Shown one piece after another: positions 23,427 through 36,362 of a stretch of 64,000 nucleotides of DNA. The position numbers and the translations under genes were made by a program. The notes beneath the pieces were generated by a model. The model saw nothing but the letters and a program-made list of their open reading frames with translations, made no database searches and was not told where the DNA came from. The first letter of the stretch is position 1, and every line of letters begins with the position of its first letter. Source of the DNA: Carcharhinus longimanus (lineage: Eukaryota); NCBI GenBank assembly GCA_030264375.1, contig JASCQW010000043.1:89652178-89716177 (forward strand), given 5' to 3'.

Positions 23427-26400
23427 TTGGTATTTCAGCTTCTGCAGGAGGACAAAGCTGCCCACATTAAGCAATCAGATGCAACACCGAGCAAAAGGGA
23501 AGATTCCTTTGGAGTTGTACATGAGCACCCTCTTCTGTCAATATAGTTTGTCATTGGCAGCAATCCTGGAGATGTCAACTGTTGCTGGTGTGCTCGGATT
23601 TGACAGTCCAAACCCTGATGAATTACGAAAAACAGACTTGGAGAACAAAATTAACCAGAAGAGAATTATTTTGAAGCTACACTTGTTTAAAAACTGGAAC
23701 CTTGTACGACAGCAAAAATTGACATATAGAAAGGTTTCTTGTTTGCATGTCACAGTCTTAAGATTTCTATTGTACAAATATGTATAAATGCTGTAATTGT
23801 TCATATTGCGTAACAATTGTTCACTGTTCAAATAATAATTGGGTTCTTAAGAAGGTTAGAGACACTGAGGGGTAGTAAGGGGAATAGATTAAATACAAGG
23901 CAAGCATTGAATGTTTAACAAAGAGGAATTAGTGGAAGTTCCATTGGTAAATTATAGTGGGGCTGGCATGAAACCAGCTCCCAAGGGTGGTCCTGTTTAC
24001 AGCTAAAAAGCATTAATCATCTTGATATGCTATATGTTTTGAGTGATGTACTTGGAGTAATTTTTTGGTTTGATCCTATTTTTAAACATTACCATAGCGT
24101 TAGATTCAGACCCTGCAAGCTGCCACAATGGACATACTTGACATGTATATTTACACCACAAAGAATATGGAACAGACTTTACTCAATCAATTTAGCATTG
24201 TAAACCCTTCGCCCATTGCCAGCTTGAATCACACCTCTGACATGATACAGAGAAGATACCCGTGGCAGAGTTACCAGAATATAAAAGCTGACATGAGTTT
24301 TTGACTACTTCTACCCATCTCCTGGTAACAGTGACAGTGGAATGGAGAGAGAAACATCAATGTGCTACTCTTCCCTAATCTGCCTGATTGGGATTGAAAG
24401 ATCCACATTGACCTACTGCACTGGAAATACCACAATGTTCCATCTGCTACCCACACTGAACGTCGTTCTGCAGGCAATTCCAAAGTCCTGATATAAATTG
24501 GAGGGCAGAAAGGGATATAATGAATACCCTTAAGTTTCATTATAATACAAAAATGTAGCTTATTTTTAAGTATATGGCCTTGATAATTTAATATTTCAAA
24601 CAAAATTTGAGTTAACTCCAGGTTTGTTTCCTGACACACGAACATGTTATTTTGACAGCAAATTTGTGGTTTCACTGTAGGTCAGCAACTTAAATATTAA
24701 TGTGACTAAGTAAGAGAGCCTTCTGGTATATCATTTGTACTTTTACTTTCTCATAAATCAGATGCAGTGGAATACACTATATAGTATTATATTCTCATCT
24801 ACAATCAATATGTCAAGAAGTAGTTAAATGAATTGACAAATAATTGATATTAGGTTTCAAACAGGCATTATTCTTTGTTCAAATCAAGCTACATCTGATA
24901 AGAAAACCAGCACAGTTAATTGTGTTTATATGCAACCACATAAAACTAACCAAAGGTACCCAAAAGATGAAACAAGTGATCTTGTCTGAGAGCCAGCCTG
25001 CGCATATAATAGGGTCGTAATGCTGATATTGATTTCCATTAACAGCAGACATTCCTTACACATGTGGTTTTTGTATGTACCTCAGTGTGGGTGGTCTCAA
25101 GAGTGGTAAGTGCAGCAAGATGGCTTAGTCTTGGAGAATTAGAGAAAGATGCTATTAGCAGACTTTTAAGTGTTAGTGAAATTCCAAAATGCATAAAACA
25201 GATTTTTTGTTTCTACTTTTTTTGTTGCAAAAGCTTTTATTTTAACTTGTGCTAATCCTTTAAATCATAAAAGGGCCATTACTGCACTGGCTCACTTACC
25301 TTGACAGGGTTAGTGTTTCTCCCATTGCTCTGAGAACAATCATAAACTTAATGCTTTCGTTGTTTTTACATCTCCATCAAGCCCCTGACCTTTTGGAATG
25401 CTGAGCGCTCGCCCTTTAGTAAAATCCAGTGTTCAAAAGTTAATATTTTATTGAAAGTTAGATATTTCAGAAATTACGTTCTCATTTCCTGCAGATTGTT
25501 CCAATGAATGTCAAGAATTATATGACAATATGAGAATTTAGGATAGGAAAAGTCCATTAAATGTATCCAGCTTTCCATGTCATTTTGATTTATGTAGAGA
25601 ATCTATCAGACTATTTTCGTACAGGACCTAGTCAGAATATGTTTTCTCTTGTTTTACGCCTTTCCATACACTCTTGAATGAGGAATCAATTTGCTTCCTT
25701 TCCAAGATTTCATTGCAATTTACATTTACTGCACTAGGTGGTCATGCCTAACCGACCAGCCTCAAGGCTGCAGTTATACCGTTTCATTGCAGTGTGATCT
25801 GAACTCTACTGACAGAATTCTATGTTACAGAAGAACTGTGCATATCCGTGGTCTGACATCTCTCTCTCTGCGGCTATTTTTTAATGCTGAGAGAGAAGGG
25901 CAGTAGCATCTGTTTCCCCTTAACAAAACAAAATTGTTCACAATTTTAAAGGTTCTGAAGTATGCCAGCAGACAGCCTTGAATCTCTTTGAAATTCAGTT
26001 CACACCAGACTGGGGTTAAAAAGCAACCAGTATAAGCTTCAAATTAAGTGAGATATCCTCTCCAAGGACCTAAGACCACTTTATTGAAGGCATGTAAATG
26101 ACATTATAACTGCACCCCAAATGTAAGATGTCTTCTTCCAAACCTTTTTCCACATTACCAGCAACCTTTTTGTGACCATATAACATATCTAAGATTGAAC
26201 CCATGATGTGGTCGGTGGAACTATCTGATATAAACAGATAAGTCATATAAATTTGATGTATTTGCCACATTCCTGTGGTTCTGCATTAAGGGAATCAAGG
26301 GCAAGTCTAGTTTTCAGATGAAATGGATTTGGAAGCAGGGGTTATTTGGACCAGAATGATTTGATTCCATTTTAAAGTCATGCGTTCACCCCTTAATTTC

Positions 26401-27657
26401 ATTATCAATTTCAACGTCCACTTTAGAATGGAAACTGCCTAACATTTCACTCTTCAGTACTGCCTCAAGTGCCAGCTTAGATCATAGGAGAGTCCTGGGA
26501 TAGAATTTTAATTTCTGATTTTCTGTTAAAGTTGAGAGAGAATTTGAGCTGGTTATACAAGTGCTGAGCACATTACCAGCACTCCATTGCATTTCAACTG
26601 AGAAAAGCTCGGAGCCATTTTGCAATTGAACAAAAGATGTAGCTATAAAACATGTCCCACAGTTTCTTTACTGTTGTTACATTTTGGGTTATGTTGACTT
26701 TTTACTATATCTGCTTTCCTTCTGTATCTCTTTTATTAGCTCACTATTTCCTAGAAAGATAATTTTAGTCTGCCCAGACATCAAGGTACGTTTGTAGTAT
26801 GCTTAAAAGAGTTAACTTCTGGCTGGTTTGTTTCAGCTAGTAATTTTATCCCAAGCTTTAACAAAATCCTATTTGTAATCTGCTGTCTTCTGAAGACATT
26901 AAACCTTGACATGCGTTAGCTGCCAGATTTACGAAACGGTAATTGATAATAGCCGTTTCTATTTCAATATCCCCACACATCATAAAATAGTTCCAGTTCA
27001 CAAGTTCTATGATGCAAAGTGTACTGTGACAATGCAGTTAATTTTTCTGTCTTTCAAGTTTGTGGCAGTTACACGATCTGATTATCCTTTTCTTCAGGTA
27101 AAATCGCCAATTTAACTGAGAATAAATAATTTAAGAAATTACCTAAAACAAGAGACAGATTTAAGTACTTTTCTGTTTTTAAAAAAAACAAAATGTTGCC
27201 CATCAAATATTTGTGATTAAATCTAATAAAATACTTCTAGTCAAATAGATTGACTTGTTACAATTATTAGTCAATATAATTGTTATAACTTGTAATGAGA
27301 TTATTCTTGGGTTCAATTTCTATAAGTGAAGATGTTATCCTAAGACAGTTTAAAACACAGGGAGTGGGCCAGGATGAAAACACTTGAAGTTGGCTTTTAT
27401 TCTTTTTTCATTTGTTTATGCACTTATTCAATTGTGCATGATTCATTCATTCAGATATGTGAATGAAGTATCACACTAAATAAAAAAGAATTGTCTGAAA
27501 TAGTGTCCTGTAGCTCACAAGACACTTTGTTGCTATAGTTTGTTAAATATTTAACAATGGAAATTTGGGTTGCTCATTTAATGAGAGTGCACAGAGTGAA
27601 TCATAAAATAGTGGTGAATAGAAACACGTGGTGCTGGCAGGAGAGAAGTAAAAACCT

Positions 27658-27958
27658 GGGTGGCATGGTGGTTAGCAGTGCTGCCTCACAGTGCCAAGAA
27701 CCCGGGTTCAATTCTGGTCTCGGGTGACTGTGTGGAGTTTCCACATTCTCTCCGGGGTTTCCTCTGGGTGCTCCACTTTCCTCCCAAAGTCCAAAGATGT
27801 GCAGGTTAGGTTGATTGGCCATGCTAAATTGCCCTTTTGTGTCACAGGGATTAGCAGGCTAAATACTTGGCGTTACAGGGGTAGAGCCTGGGTGGGATTG
27901 TTGTCAGTGCAGGCTTGATGGGCTGAATGGTCTCCTACACTGAAGGAATTCTATGATA
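27658..27958 (+). mobile_element. HE1-type V-SINE
   Basis: tRNA head 'gtggttagcagtgctgcctcacagtgcc...gggttcaattc', V-domain and CR1-type tail. Confidence 0.92.
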
Positions 27959-28847
27959 CTGGCCAGTGGATTAGCTGGCTTTTGTCCTCAGTTTCAGAAC
28001 CCTGAGATTCTGATGTCTTGGAACCAAAAGAAGGATGCTGTCTGAGCGCCAGTGTTTATTGTTGTCACGAGGGACTGCAGCAAACATCCTGCAAAAGTGC
28101 AGCAGCAACTGACCCCTCAGAAATCTGATGGACTTTGGGAGTCCTTGGGACAAATTCAGATGAAATTATTTATTTCTGACTTGGCCTAATTTTCAGTATT
28201 CGCTTCCTATAGGCAAAGCAAGTACACAACATATACTCTGCCTGAAGATAGGGAAATTGTACTTGAGCTTGTTATCTTGTATAATATTAAAATGAGTTTC
28301 TTGCACATTTTGTGTGAGAACACATTAGGCCAACTTAAAAGATCAATCACGGGACTGAAGACTGCGAACTGACAGGGATGAGGTGATAGGGATCTTTGGA
28401 CAGGTTTGTAACTGCCACTTGCTCATTCTGAGGTGCCACAAACTATGTGAAATGTAAGATATCCACTCATACGTTTTAGAGTAAATTTGACATTAACCAG
28501 CAAATGCCAGTTCAAAAGGAGCAGAGGAATTCAGGCCTCTTGAAAGGTGCGTGTGAGAGAGCAGGGGCAATGGGGAGGGATTCTGGGCCTCGGAGAGGTA
28601 CGTGTGAAAGAGCGGGGAGCAGTTTTTGGCCTCCAAGGGGCTAATTTGAAAGAATGGGTGGGGGTGGTGGCGTGTGTGAGGGAGAGTGTGATGTGTATGT
28701 CCAATGAGAGAATCAGCTTTCCAGCATCATTCCTCCCATTTAAAAGTGACAGTAGTCACTTGTTTTTCTCAATAAGAGAACATTTTAATTATTACCAGAT
28801 AACACACCCTTAAAGTGGGTACTACCACCACAGGTTAATGTTAAGGG

Positions 28848-28977
28848 GCCATGGGAGGGTGGCTCGCCAGGTCCACAGATCCTTCATGCACGCTCGAGGT
28901 CTCAACATCACCGCACGCTGCCCTCGAAGCGGCTGCGGGGCTGACGAGACGGTCGCACACCTCCTTCTGGAATGTGC
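28848..28977 (+). mobile_element. L1/Tx1-clade ORF2 C-terminal zinc-knuckle fragment
   Basis: RSFMHARGLNITARCPRSGCGADETVAHLLLEC (CCHC pattern), CpG-rich, runs into a gap. Confidence 0.8.
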
Positions 28978-29078
28978 NNNNNNNNNNNNNNNNNNNNNNN
29001 NNNNNNNNNNNNNNNNNNNNNNNNNNNNNNNNNNNNNNNNNNNNNNNNNNNNNNNNNNNNNNNNNNNNNNNNNNNNNA

Positions 29079-30560
29079 GCTATCCTGTGCCATGCAAGGA
29101 CTTGAATGTGAAGCTGGCTGTGGGTCATATATTTTCCCAATTAGTCAGAGCCGTGCCTACCTCCACCTGCAGATTGAGGTGTCATCCAGGAAGTATGTCA
29201 CCATAAATATTCAGGAAGGACAGTATGAGTACAGTCATTTTCCCTTCAGGGTGTCTTCAGCTTGCTCCATTTTTAAAAGCATGACAGAGAACATCCTTCA
29301 AGGGGTGCCCAGAATGGCAATCCATCTGGATGATTTTTTGCTCTCAAGATAAACTGCAAAGCAACATTTGGAGAGTTTGGAGGAGGTCTAACAGCATTTT
29401 TCTGATGCTGGTATCTGATTAAAAAGGGAAAAATGTGAATGAAGTAATGTACTTGGGTTCAGATCTGACAAGTATTGATTATCCCCTGTTGAATAGAAAG
29501 TGAAGGCCATAAAAGAGGCTCCGACTCCAAGAAACACAACGGAGTTGAAGAATTTCCTAGATCTCATAAAAAATTACAATGGAAAATTCAAATTGAACTT
29601 GGCAACTCTGCTGGCACCCTTCCACGTACTATTAAAAAAAATAAGAAATGGTTGTGGCAAATGCCACACGATAACGTTTTTGCAAACAACAAACAATAAT
29701 TGCTATCAACAAATGTAGTAGCCTATTATGAGCCCCTGAGACCATTCATTGTATAGGATAGGAGCAGTATTATTGCACCATTGGGAATGGTGGGGCAGAA
29801 TGCCCAATCGCGTACTCATCACGAACCCTGGTGGATATAGAGAAGAGCTATGTCAAATCGAAAAAGAAGGTTTAGCCATAGCGTTCGGGGTGAAAGAATT
29901 CTACCAGTACATCTACGTTTCACTGTAGTAACCAAGCACAAATCTCTCTGTTGGGTCTTTTCAAGGAAGACAAGATGACTCTTCTTCTTGCATCAGCCCA
30001 GATCCACTGGTGGGCATTGCCATTAGATGCCCAAAATATACTTTAGAACATTGTCCAGGGAGACTTACAGCCAAATCGAATGCCTTGTACTACCTGCTGC
30101 TACCCACCACCACCCACCAGCCTATCTTCTGCTCCAAAGATGGATGAAGTTGTCATGACTCTGAACTTCATTAGACACTCTACCAAAACCAGCTTCTTGT
30201 GACAGGCACTGGGACCCCATTTATCAGTGGGAGTTTCAGACCTTCAGAGTAAGGCACATCCACATGGCACCTTACCACCTGCTGACAAATGGCCTGGCTG
30301 AGTGGGTGGTCCAGACATTCTGAAGTGGCATGAAGAAACAAACCATGGATTCTCTAGAAACAAAGCTCGCACGTTTCCTTTATAACTATGGGACATTGCC
30401 AGATATGATGATGGAATAGCCAGATGGAACTATTGATGGGCCATGCCTTCAGACTAGGCTTAGCCTAATGTTCCCACATTTGGTGGACAACATCGAGTTA
30501 AAACAAGAAGCCCAGAAAAGGGGCCATGATGGTCAGAGACTGGATAGTGACTTTAAACCA
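29079..30560 (+). mobile_element. Degenerate Ty3/Gypsy pol (RT-RNaseH-integrase) remnant
   Basis: SRAYLHL...RKYVTINIQEGQYEY...PFRVSSA...HLDDFL; KAIKEAPTPRNTTELKNFL; PIAYSSRTL; APYHLLTNGLAE. Many stops and frameshifts. Confidence 0.88.
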
Positions 30561-30669
30561 CTACGGAATGTACAATTCTGGATTTGGGGGCAGAGACCAT
30601 AATATGATAGAATTCATCATGCAGTTTGAGAATCACGTGTAACAGTATTACAGTCGCGTAAATGTAACT

Positions 30670-30890
30670 ACAGAACCACAGCCGCACAAGACTGTGGAGG
30701 CCAGGTCAGTGAGTATTTTCAAGACAGAGATAGATAGGTTCTTGATTAATTAGGGGATCAGGGGTTATGGGGAAAAGGCAGGCGAATGGGGGTGAGAAAA
30801 ATATTAGCCATGATTGAATGGCGAAGCAGACTCGATGGGCCGAGTGGCCTAATTCTGTTCCTAAGTCTTATGGTCTTATGGTCTTATGGT
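30670..30890 (+). mobile_element. CR1 3' end
   Basis: FKTEIDRFLIN*GIRGYG followed by a (tcttatgg)n tail. Confidence 0.85.
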
Positions 30891-31170
30891 CAATGACGGA
30901 AGAGCTGGCCAGAGTTAATAGGAAGAGGAGCTTAGCAGGGAAGATGGTGGAGCAGCAATGGCAGGTGTTTTTGGGAGTAATTCGGGAAATGCAACAGGAT
31001 TTCATTCCAATGAAGAACAAGCATACTAAGGGGAGGATGAAGCAACCATGGCTGACAAGGGAAGTCAGGGACAGCATAAAGCAAAAGAAAAGCATACAAT
31101 GTGGCCAAGATTACTGGGAAGCCAGGGAATTAGGAAGACTTTAAAGACAAACAAAGGACAATTAAACACA
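30891..31170 (+). mobile_element. CR1 ORF2 internal fragment
   Basis: VEQQWQVF...FIPMK...QPWLTREVRDSIK. Confidence 0.75.
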
Positions 31171-31171
31171 G

Positions 31172-31650
31172 TGGGCCCAATTTTACCTTTACATCGCGCC
31201 CAAAAACGTATACGGTTGGGTGTGAGGCCATTAACATGATCCACACCCACATTCGCGCAGATGGCCACTTTACCGAGACCCGGGAATGGCCGTGATCCGA
31301 CTCGCACCCAAAAAGGATGCAATGGTGATTTAAATGTGTTTGCATGCATTTGAATTGAATTAGTGAATTGCCTGCCCAACTTTATCAGCATTTCCCCCTT
31401 TACCATCACGTTTGCCAAATGGACATGCTGGAATGTAGACATTGTAATTTGGACAGATCTGTAAAAATGTTTTGATTCCACATTGCTTTGCAATTCGAAG
31501 GCCTGTACATTTGCAATGGATTACTTGAGATTTTTATGAATAAAGTATATTTTTGAAAAAAAAATGTAGTTGTGATGTTGTGCCTCTTCCTAATTCGTAA
31601 TATAGGCATAGAAACAGCTAGAGAAGACTTGTTCCCATTTAGGTTCTGAT
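31172..31650. mobile_element. Non-autonomous Harbinger-like element interrupted by a poly(A) retroelement tail
   Basis: Starts 'gggcccaattttacc' (TIR-like) and has a CpG-rich body. Confidence 0.45.
31439..31563 (+). mobile_element. 3' UTR and poly(A) end of an L1/Tx1-like element
   Basis: 'tttttatgaataaagtatatttttgaaaaaaaa' flanked by repeated 'aatgtag' at 31432-31438 and 31563-31569. Confidence 0.6.
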
Positions 31651-33189
31651 CACAGAAATCATCATGTTGCAAAAAGAGTTTTGGAGGTCACCAGGGGTTC
31701 CCTATCTCAAAAGGTTTGAGAAACCCTGCTCTGTGTTATTGGAGCTGGATCAGCTTTTCAATCTGCTCTACTAAATGTAGGTTCAATCAGAAAGGTGCAA
31801 GCTTAGGAAAGATATAATGACTGTCAACATTAAACGTGCCGGATGCTGAGAGATTTCTTTTGCGGAGGTAGTTTCCTGGCAGTTTAGTGCGTTGGTCTAA
31901 TGCAAGGCAGCAAGTTAAGAAAATGTATTTCAGAGAGTTGATGGCAACCCAGCCCCACAACTTGGGAATCAAAGCAAACCCTTTGCTTAATTTGACATCT
32001 GAAAGAATTGAGAATTGACGTAACACAAATAGATTTGACAGAAGTTTTTGAATCATTCATTGTGTCTATGTAGGTGTCCTGAGAGGAAACAGCAGGAGGT
32101 ATAATGAAGAAATATATACAAGCTTACCAAGTGGGTAATAAAACTTTTATGAATCTATTTCAAAAATGGTGCTGTCTATCAAAGTATTTGCAGGGTTTCA
32201 CAATCAAAGTATAATATAAACAAAGTAAAAAGAAAAACAAGAAATTATTACACTTTCCCAGGTATCAACAGTGTGGTAAAAGGTAAATACAAAGTGTCCA
32301 TTGGTTGGCTGGTAGCAAATCTATGCTTTTTCTAATTCGTCCCTCACATTATCCAGAGTACAGTTTATGTTAAAAATAACTTATGGAAAATCTTAAATCA
32401 TTATTACTACTTTGAGAAAAATGATGAAAAAGTATTCATTTAAAAGTTGCAGCAATTCATTCTTTGGGGGGGGGGGGGGGACCCCAAAATGACAAACATT
32501 TTAAACAGATATTTGATTATGCTCTTTGCGTTTTCTTCCATAACCTACATCTTGTCAAGTGGCTACATTTCAGGTTTAACTGCAAGGCTGAATATCATTT
32601 GTTGAAAATGCGACATTAAATCAGTTCTCTACATGTAGGTAACAGGGATTAGGTAAAACTGAAATTCTGCAGGAATTGGTTGTATACATCTTCAGTCTTC
32701 CAGTCTCGCTCCACATCTGTTTTGCCTTTATATTTAATATATCAAAAAGCAATAAAATGTTATTGCAAAGTAAACAATAAAAAGGGTTCAGAGAGATGTA
32801 AAATTCTGTTCAGTTAACGAACAGATTTATCATTTTGACGCATGACTTGAAATTTTTCTGCTTAATTGTTTTGACATTGACAGCACGTAATACCGCAATA
32901 CTCCCATGGAGACGGGTCATTAATTTTCACTAACTGTGTAAAGACAGATTTGGTTTAGATTATTTCTTATCTATGCACATTTCAACTCGCCCGATAAGAG
33001 AACTTTTCGAAAGGACGTTTGTAAAATGTACGAGGAATTGGAAAATTGCTTATGATATTTTTAAATGCTTCTCTGTAATCATTAGTGTCATTACAGAAAA
33101 ATAGTTTTCATAATACCTAATTTTAAAAAAAAACATTTTCCACACCCACTCTTCTTGTGCGATTTTGGTGATAGGAGCAAAAAATCTTG

Positions 33190-33468
33190 AGAGGCTCAAA
33201 TCATGCTTTATGTCAACAGGACATAATTTTATAGCTTTAAATTGAGGGGTGATAAATATAGGACGGATGTCAGAGGTAGGCTCTTTACTCAGAGGGTAGT
33301 AAGGGCTTGGAATGCCCTGCCTGCAGCAGTTGTGGACTCGCCAACTTTAAGGGAGTTCAAATGGTCAGAGGATAGGCATATGGATAACATTAGAATAGTT
33401 TAGGTTCCACTGGTCGGCACAACATCAAGGGCTGAAGGGCCTGTACTGCACTGTAATGTTCTATGTTC
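33190..33468 (+). mobile_element. CR1 3' end
   Basis: YRTDVRGRLFTQRVVRAWNALP followed by tail 'gggcctgtactgcactgtaatgttctatgttc'. A second copy of this tail is at 34669-34803. Confidence 0.85.
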
Positions 33469-33574
33469 CTTCTCTATGAATGGTATACTTTGTACAGCAC
33501 CCAAGAAACAATACTTCTCACTGTATACTAACACGTGACAATAATAAATCAAATCAAATTCTCTCTCTTCAGAT

Positions 33575-34568
33575 TATCATAACCAGCACAAAGGAAGATA
33601 GTTGTGGTTTTTGGAGGTCAACCCCAACAGTCCCAGGGCACAGAAACTAGAAACAGGAGTAGGCCATTCGGCCCTTTGAGCCTGACAGAGTTCTTTGGTA
33701 GTGTCTTATGCCCAATTGTTTTAGTCATTGCATGATTGATTAAGAGCAGGTCGCATGATTTGATGGTGATGTGATTAGGGTGTTGCAAAGGTTACTGTTT
33801 CAGTTTGTATTCCGTACGAACAAGAAGTTCCAGAATAAACCTGTTGTTTGAATTTACCTGTGGAAACCTCAGCTTTGTCTTTCTTTTTAAAGCCCACAAC
33901 CCGTAACATAGTTACGCCATTACAGTAACCAGCTTCAGCTGCCTCATCAATGACCTTCCCTTCCATCAAAAGGTCAGAAGTGGAGATGTTTGCCAATGAT
34001 TGCACAATGTTCAGCGCCATTCGCGACTCCTCAGATACTGAAGCAGTTCATGTCCAACTGCAGCAAGACCTGGACAATATCCAGACTTGGATTGATGAAT
34101 GGCAAGTAACATTTATACCCACACAAGTACCAGGCAACAACCATATCCAACCAGAGGATCTAACCATCGCTCCTTGACATTCAGTGACATTACCATTGCT
34201 GAATCCCTCACTATTGACGTCACGGTGGCTAGCATTCACCAGAAACTGAAATGGACTAGCCATTTAAGTACTGTGGCTAGGGGATTAAGTCAGAGGCTGG
34301 GAATTCTGCGGCGAGTAACTCACCTCCTGATTCCCCAAAGCCTATCCACCATCTACAAGGCACAAATCAGGAGCGTGATGGAATACTCCGCATTTGACTG
34401 GATGGGTGCAGCTCCAACAACACTCAAGCAGCTCGACACCATCCACGACAAAAATCAACTGGCACCACATCCACTGTCTTAAACATTCACTCTCTCCATC
34501 ACCAACACAAAACGGCAGCAAACTGCATCATCTACAAGATGCCTTGCAGCAATTCATCAAGCCTCCTT
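33575..34568 (+). mobile_element. CR1-group LINE RT region
   Basis: INDLPSI...MFANDCTMF...LQQDLDNIQTWIDEWQVTF and LSTIYKAQIRSVMEYS. Confidence 0.88.
33717..33924 (+). mobile_element. Short TG...CA solo-LTR-like insertion in the LINE
   Basis: Interrupts the LINE's GSVLGP/FSCFINDL-like motif. AATAAA at 33834 and hairpin cgtaac-ata-gttacg at 33902-33916. Confidence 0.45.
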
Positions 34569-35584
34569 NNNNNNNNNNNNNNNNNNNNNNNNNNNNNNNN
34601 NNNNNNNNNNNNNNNNNNNNNNNNNNNNNNNNNNNNNNNNNNNNNNNNNNNNNNNNNNNNNNNNNNNNTTCAAATGGTCATTGGATAGGCATATGGATAA
34701 TATTAGAATTGTTTAGGTTAGAGGGTCATTACATTTGTTCCACTGGTTGGCGCAACATCGAGGGCCGAAGGGCCTGTACTGTGCTGTAATGTTCTATGTT
34801 CTAGCTCATCTCACGGTGAACTCTTGCCTGCCCCGTCTGCCAGTGATGTGTCGGAAATCCCAATGTTCAACGGCAGGAACATATTATCATAAATTTGAAT
34901 CATACACCAGGCTCCTATGCCTTATTCCACACCCCCCCCCTACCCCGTATTAGATAATCCAATCACATTCATGTGACAGCACGCTAGTGGTGTGAATTAT
35001 GACTGGTCTCCCATGTTATGTATCAGATGGGCAAACCTGCCGGAAGAGCTCAAGTGAATGCATCACACAGGGAGGAAAAAGTCATGAGGGGGCACTGCCT
35101 CCTAGGTTGTGTAGTGGGGTGTGGAGGGTTGTAGGTGCAATTCCATTTGAGCTTTAGTGCATTGAGGCAGCCTTTAAAAATGGTGCCCTGATCCTTAAAA
35201 ACATTAATTGCTGGTGGAGCCACCAGCCTGATCAAGTTTTTTGCACTATGTTCCTGACAATATGGCAGGAAAAGCCACCATTAGTGCCAGCAGTCTCAGC
35301 ACCACTTTTCCTGCCACTGCCACCCTGCCAAAAAAGGGTAAAATTCAGCATAGTTTATCCAGACTGGCATTCTACCTTGAGAGCAAAATAGCACTTGATA
35401 GGAAATCAGATGCAGTGTTAAAATTGTAACTGCAGCATTTAATACACACAGGAAATAACTTTATGACGTGGCAAAGTGAGGCTTTCAACCAAAATCTGTA
35501 AGTCCTTCTGAGAAGGAGTAATGTGGGAAAAAATGAACTTGTCTGCTTTGGCAGGAAGAATTGAAAAACAGCATATTATTGTTT

Positions 35585-36240
35585 TTATTCATTCATGGGA
35601 TTTGGGGGTTACTGGCTAGGTCAGCATTTATTGCCCTGCCCTAATTGCCCTTGTGAAGGTGGTGATGAGCTGCCGTCTTGTACTGCTGTTGTCCATTGCT
35701 AAAGGTATACAATGATGTTAGGAAGAGGGTTCCAGGGTTTTAACCAAGTGACCGTGAAGGTATGGTTATATATTTCCAAGTCAGGATGGTGGGCGACTTG
35801 GAGGAGAACTTCCACATAAGTGGTGTCCCCTTGTATCTATTGCCCTTCTCATTCCAGATGAGAGCAGTTGTGGATTTGGAAGGTGCTGACTGAGATCATG
35901 ATGATTTCCTGCAGTGATGTTATAGATGGCACACGTTGCCACCACTGTGCATTAATGGTGGAGGGTGTAAATGTTTGCTGATAGGTGCTAATTCAGTGGT
36001 CTGCTTTGTCTTGGATGGTGCCAAGCCTTTTGAGTATTATGGGAGCTGCACTCTTCCAGGCAAGTGCAATGTATTCTATCATGCTCTTGATTTGTGCTAT
36101 GTCGATGCTGGACAGGCTTTGGGTTCCCAGGAGGTGACTTACTTGCCACAGGATTCCTAGCCTCTGACCTGCTCTTGTAGCCAGTGTTCATATGGCTAGT
36201 CCAGCTCAGTTTGTGGTCAGTGGTAACCACCAAAATGTTG
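35585..36240 (-). mobile_element. CR1-group LINE 3' end
   Basis: Reverse complement of the 34200-34560 family, ending in 'gggcaattagggcagggcaataaatgctgacc...cccatgaatgaat'. Confidence 0.85.
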
Positions 36241-36362
36241 ATTATTTAAATAGAGAGTGATTGCTAAATTCTGTTCCACAGAGTAATATGGGTGTCCTGA
36301 TACATGAAACACAAAAAAGTTAATGTGCAGTTGCAGCAAGTAATTAGGATAGCAAATGAACT

